64,000 nt of DNA, from positions 64,001 through 128,000 of the forward strand of contig CAVRCI010000005.1 in NCBI GenBank assembly GCA_963719495.1, written 5' to 3'. Both the position numbers and the translations under genes were made by a program. The notes below the pieces were generated by a model, which saw only the letters and a program-made list of their open reading frames with translations, made no database searches and was not told where the DNA came from. This document shows, piece after piece, positions 59,774 through 64,000 of the stretch (position 1 is the first letter of the stretch; each line of letters starts with the position of its first letter). The stretch is from an uncultured Verrucomicrobiae bacterium (GTDB taxonomy: Bacteria > Verrucomicrobiota > Verrucomicrobiia > Chthoniobacterales > JAATET01).

Positions 59774-61633
59774 TTGAGACAAACCACCCGCGAAGTCCAA
59801 GTCGGCAAAGTCACCATCGGCGGTGCCCACCCCATCCGCGTCCAGTCGATGATCACTTGCGACACGATGGACACCGAGGCCTGCATCCAGCAGACCCTCG
59901 ACCTCGTCGAAGTCGGCTGCGAGATCGTCCGAATCACCGCCCCCACGATCAAGGACGCCCGTAATCTCGAACTGATCAAATCAGGCCTCCTCGCCCGCGG
60001 CTGCGACGTCCCACTCGTCGCCGACATCCACTTCAAGCCCGACGCCGCCATGGAAGCCGCCCGCTGGGTCGAAAAGATCCGCATCAACCCCGGGAATTTC
60101 GTCGATTCCAAGAAGTTCAAAGTCCGCGAATACACGGACGCCGAATACAACGCCGAACTCGACCGCATCCGCGAGCGCTTCACCCCGCTGGTCGAGCTGT
60201 GCAAAGATCTCGGCCGCGCCATGCGCATCGGCACGAACCACGGGAGCCTCAGCGACCGCATCATGAACCGATACGGCGACACGCCGCTCGGCATGGTCGA
60301 AAGCGCCCTCGAGTTCGCCCGCATCGCCCGCGACCTCGACTACCACAACTTCGTCTTCTCCATGAAGGCCAGCAACCCCAAGGTCATGATCCAGGCCTAC
60401 CGTTTGCTGGTTGCGCGGCTCGCTTCGCTCGACGAGCAACCAATGGGAAATGCGGAATGTGAAATGAGAAACGAAGCCACCCCGCGAAGCGGGCAAACCA
60501 TTTCTCATTCCACATTTCAAATTTCAAATTCCTCCTGGAACTACCCGATCCACCTCGGCGTGACGGAGGCCGGCGACGGCGAAGACGGCCGAATCAAGAG
60601 CGCCATCGGCATCGGCAGCCTCCTCCACGACGGCATCGGCGACACCATCCGCGTCAGCCTCACCGAAGACAGCCCCCACGAAATCCCGGTAGCCAAGGAA
60701 CTCATCAGAGTGGCATCGGCTTCCAGCCGATCACCAACCAAACCCGGCGAAGCCGCACTTCCCTCCAATCCGAAATCCGAAATCCGAAATCCGAAATCCT
60801 ACGCCCGAAGGGCGTCAAGCCGCCTCCTCATCACCGACACCCCCGTCGGCGGCGACGAGACCGTCCGCATCGTCGTCCACCGCCCCACCTGGGACGCCCT
60901 CGCCCACAAGCTCGACCAGCTCGGCGACTACCAGCCCGAGATCATCCTCGACCAATCCGGCGTCACCGAGATCGACCCCACCGACGAGACCGCCATCGCC
61001 GAAGCCAACGCCAACCGCACCGCCCTCTTTGTCACCGTTCCCGACACCTGCCAGCTCCCGGTTATCGACGCCTACCGCCTCCTCGCCGCGAAGCTCGACC
61101 CCCGCCACCCGATCCTCCTCAAAGACGCTTTTGGATTTTCGAGTTTCGATTCTCGAGTTTCGAGTTTGCTCACCGCGGCCACCAACCTCGGCTCCCTCCT
61201 CTGCGACGGCATCGGCGACGCCGTCCTCATCCAAGGCGAGCCCGCCCCCGGCCAATCCCTCCGCCTCGCTTACCACATTCTCCAAGCCGCGGGCGTCCGC
61301 ATTTTCAAGACCGACTACGTCGCCTGCCCCAGCTGCGGTCGCACCCTCTTCAATCTCCAATCGACCACCGCAAAGATCCGCGCCAGCACCGACCACCTCA
61401 AAGGCGTCCGCATCGCCGTGATGGGCTGCATCGTCAATGGCCCCGGCGAGATGGCCGACGCCGACTTCGGCTACGTCGGCGGGGCCCCCGGCAAGATCAA
61501 CCTCTACGTCGGCAAGACGGCGGTGAAGTTCAACATCCCGGAGGAAGAAGCGGTCGACCGCCTCATCGACCTCATCCGGGAACACGGAAAATGGGTGGAG
61601 AATCCTCGGCCCCAGTTGAGAGTTGAGAGTTGA
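59774..61633 (+). CDS. ispG: (E)-4-hydroxy-3-methylbut-2-enyl-diphosphate synthase (long form) carrying repeat-derived inserts
   Basis: VQSM, PLVADIHF, RINPGN, NHGSLSDR, HLGVTEAG, GDTIRVSLTE, CPSCGRT, MGCIVNGPGE. Confidence 0.96.
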   Translation: MRQTTREVQVGKVTIGGAHPIRVQSMITCDTMDTEACIQQTLDLVEVGCEIVRITAPTIKDARNLELIKSGLLARGCDVPLVADIHFKPDAAMEAARWVEKIRINPGNFVDSKKFKVREYTDAEYNAELDRIRERFTPLVELCKDLGRAMRIGTNHGSLSDRIMNRYGDTPLGMVESALEFARIARDLDYHNFVFSMKASNPKVMIQAYRLLVARLASLDEQPMGNAECEMRNEATPRSGQTISHSTFQISNSSWNYPIHLGVTEAGDGEDGRIKSAIGIGSLLHDGIGDTIRVSLTEDSPHEIPVAKELIRVASASSRSPTKPGEAALPSNPKSEIRNPKSYARRASSRLLITDTPVGGDETVRIVVHRPTWDALAHKLDQLGDYQPEIILDQSGVTEIDPTDETAIAEANANRTALFVTVPDTCQLPVIDAYRLLAAKLDPRHPILLKDAFGFSSFDSRVSSLLTAATNLGSLLCDGIGDAVLIQGEPAPGQSLRLAYHILQAAGVRIFKTDYVACPSCGRTLFNLQSTTAKIRASTDHLKGVRIAVMGCIVNGPGEMADADFGYVGGAPGKINLYVGKTAVKFNIPEEEAVDRLIDLIREHGKWVENPRPQLRVES

Positions 61634-61771
61634 GTGAAATTTCAAGGAGCGGCGATTTGTAATTGGCTTCGCCTGTCTCCGCTTCGCTCCGGCTGCCGAC
61701 CCAACCCAAAGGCGAAGCCTCACCTCCCTCATCCTAATCCTGAAAATCCCGTCAATCCTGTCCAAACCCGT

Positions 61772-62506
61772 ATGCGCGCCATCACAATCCTCTGCGCCTT
61801 CTGCGCCTTTTTGCGGCCAGCCCTCACCGCCCCCCTCCCCTCCGACTGCCTCCAGCTCATCGTCGGCGTCACCGACACGTGGGACAGTTCCACCGGCACG
61901 CTCCAGCTCTACCAGCGCACGTCGCCCACTTCCGAGTGGACCGCCGTCTCCTCCCCCCGCCGCATCCTCCTCGGAAAAAACGGACTCGCCTGGGGCCGCG
62001 GGGTCGCCGGCCAGGACCAGCCCGGCCTCCGCAAGAAAGAAGGAGACAAACGCGCCCCCGCCGGCCTCTTCGCCGTCGGCACGATCTACACCTTCGACGA
62101 CGCCCTCCCCGCCGGGACCAATTACCCGTTTCACACCATCACCACCGCCGACGCCTGGATCGACGACGTCACCAACCCGCTCTACAACCAACACGTCACC
62201 GTCGACCCCGCCAACCCGCCCGCTTGGTTCGCCAAGCAAGCGATGAAGCACAACGATCCCCCTCACCGCTGGCTCGTCGAGATCCGCCACAACGCCGACC
62301 CACCCGTCCCCGGCGCCGGTTCCGCCATTTTCTTCCACCTCCAGCGAGGCCCCGACCGTAAGACCGCCGGCTGCACCACGATGGCCGAAGACACCCTCGT
62401 TCCCCTCATGCGCTGGCTCCAAGCCGACGCCAACCCCCACTACGTTCTCCTACCGCGCAAAGAATACTCGACCCTCGCGCCAACCTGGAATCTCCCGAAT
62501 CGGTAA
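61772..62506 (+). CDS. L,D-transpeptidase-family exported protein
   Basis: LGKNGLAWGRG, KKEGDKRAPAG, GSAIFFH...TAGC. Confidence 0.85.
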   Translation: MRAITILCAFCAFLRPALTAPLPSDCLQLIVGVTDTWDSSTGTLQLYQRTSPTSEWTAVSSPRRILLGKNGLAWGRGVAGQDQPGLRKKEGDKRAPAGLFAVGTIYTFDDALPAGTNYPFHTITTADAWIDDVTNPLYNQHVTVDPANPPAWFAKQAMKHNDPPHRWLVEIRHNADPPVPGAGSAIFFHLQRGPDRKTAGCTTMAEDTLVPLMRWLQADANPHYVLLPRKEYSTLAPTWNLPNR

Positions 62507-62787
62507 TTCCACCATCGACTCGCGCTCTCCCGAGCGTCTCGCCCTTCGGGCACCATCGCAGAGCGGATGGTGTCTGCCCCGCGCGTTGACTCGCTCGCTC
62601 CCGCTCGTCTCGCCCTTCGGGCTGCATCGCAAAGCCGATGCAGTCTGCCCCGAGCCTTCCCAGGCTCCGGTGCTCACCATTCACTATTCACTATTCACTT
62701 TTCACTTTTCACCATTCACGCCCCCACCCCTTCCCCCCACCCCGCAATTCCAGTTGCAACCCCATCCGCCACTGTTAGTTTTCTAGC

Positions 62788-63021
62788 ATGAATTCTCTCC
62801 TCGCTCTCGGTATGCCCGGATTCCCGGAATGGACAATGATCGCCGTCATTGTCCTCGTTCTCTTTGGAGCGAAGCGTCTCCCCGAACTCGCCCGCGGCAT
62901 CGGCCAGAGCCTCAACGAATTCCGCAAGGCCAAGGACGAGTTCGACAACGAGATCAAGAAGACCGCCGCCGAACTCGAGATCAAGGAGCAGCCGGGCAAA
63001 CAGCCGCACAAAACGGCCTAG
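62788..63021 (+). CDS. tatA: Twin-arginine translocase TatA/E
   Basis: VLVLFGAKRLPELARGIGQSLNEFRKA. Confidence 0.95.
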   Translation: MNSLLALGMPGFPEWTMIAVIVLVLFGAKRLPELARGIGQSLNEFRKAKDEFDNEIKKTAAELEIKEQPGKQPHKTA

Positions 63022-63064
63022 TCCGCTCGCTCCCACACCCCGCCCTCTCCCCGGTTCGCGCCTA

Positions 63065-63985
63065 ATGTTCTCACGCCGTCTCTCTGGCGCAGTCGTCGCC
63101 ATTGCGATGACGGTTGCCCTCGCCAACTGTCAGGAATCCCCCGCGACATCCTCGGTCGAGTCGACCGAGCCGATTGTCGTCGCCGCCTACAACGTCGAGA
63201 ACTGGCTCACGATGCAGCGAGGCTCCCAGCCTGCCACCAAGCCAGACGACGAGAAAGCCGCCACGGTCGAAGTCATCGCCGCCGTCGCGCCCGACATCCT
63301 CGGCGTGATCGAAATGGGATCGGAGGAAGAATTCGCCGACCTCCAAGCCCGCCTCAAAGCGAAGGGTCTCGAATACGCCGACTCCGAATACGTTCAGGCC
63401 GCCGACCCCGACCGCCACGTCACCCTCCTCAGCAAATTCCCGATCGTCGAGCGCCGCTCGAAAACGGACGTCACCTTCGACATGGGCGGAATCGCCCGTC
63501 CGATGTCCCGCGGCATCCTCGACGTCACGATCCAGATCAACCCCCAATATCAACTCCGCGTCCTCGGCGTTCACTTCAAATCCAAGCGCGACGTCCCGGA
63601 ATACGACCAAGCCGCCATGAGAGCCCGCGAAGCACTCTACCTGAAGAACTATTCGAACCGCATCATCGAGAAGAACCCCGACGTCAATCTCCTCCTCCTC
63701 GGCGACTTCAACGACACCCGCAACGAATACCCCATCCGCGAGCTCCTCGGAGGCTCCGGCGAGAAATCCCTCACCGCCCTCGCGCTCGCCGACGAGAACG
63801 GCGACGTCTGGACGCACTTCTGGGGCTACGCCGACATCTACTCCCGCATCGATTACCTCATGGTCAACAAAGGCCTCCTCCCCGAGATCGTCGCCGAAAA
63901 GAGCGGCATCGACCGCACCCCAGGCTTCGCCACCGGCAGCGACCACCGAGCGATCCACACCGCCATCATCCCGGAAAACAAATGA
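63065..63985 (+). CDS. Endonuclease/exonuclease/phosphatase family lipoprotein
   Basis: AYNVEN, PDILGVIE, HFKSK, GDFND, IDY, SDH; lipobox-like LANC. Confidence 0.9.
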   Translation: MFSRRLSGAVVAIAMTVALANCQESPATSSVESTEPIVVAAYNVENWLTMQRGSQPATKPDDEKAATVEVIAAVAPDILGVIEMGSEEEFADLQARLKAKGLEYADSEYVQAADPDRHVTLLSKFPIVERRSKTDVTFDMGGIARPMSRGILDVTIQINPQYQLRVLGVHFKSKRDVPEYDQAAMRAREALYLKNYSNRIIEKNPDVNLLLLGDFNDTRNEYPIRELLGGSGEKSLTALALADENGDVWTHFWGYADIYSRIDYLMVNKGLLPEIVAEKSGIDRTPGFATGSDHRAIHTAIIPENK

Positions 63986-64000
63986 CCCCAAAAGGGTCCC

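Noticed and set aside
60442..60531. Intein or self-splicing intron in ispG
   Set aside because: Far too short; no intein terminal motifs or group I/II features

Overview
GC-rich bacterial chromosomal window. Gene content and repeat style suggest Verrucomicrobiota (inference). The backbone is mostly housekeeping: TPR-exbD-exbB, a hybrid sensor kinase, ilvD, hemW, aminotransferases, a GT2, a rhamnose/fucose cluster (aldolase-dehydrogenase, DeoR, rhaB, fucU), mqo, oppA, a SAM-I riboswitch-led thrC-like/MoaD/NIL operon, argD, rseP, ispG and tatA. Three accessory blocks stand out: about 20.3-26.4 kb (DUF1232, TerB-like, ExoD, transporters), about 28.9-37.2 kb (nuclease-helicase with 12 helicase-associated repeats, two toxin-antitoxin loci, pseudogenes and a stuttered repeat), and a type II R-M pair at 53.7-55.9 kb. 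The most unusual observations are: (1) an intact 1210-aa NRPS-shaped C-A-T-TE protein whose recognisable catalytic motifs are all substituted; (2) a stand-alone Mrr-like nuclease/SF2 helicase with a 12-repeat HA array and no methyltransferase; (3) palindromic and heptamer repeat elements found both between genes and translated in frame inside ispG; (4) several dispersed hairpin repeat families with covarying stems. No rRNA, tRNA, CRISPR array or intact transposase/integrase was recognised. All calls come from reading motifs by eye; no database search was run.
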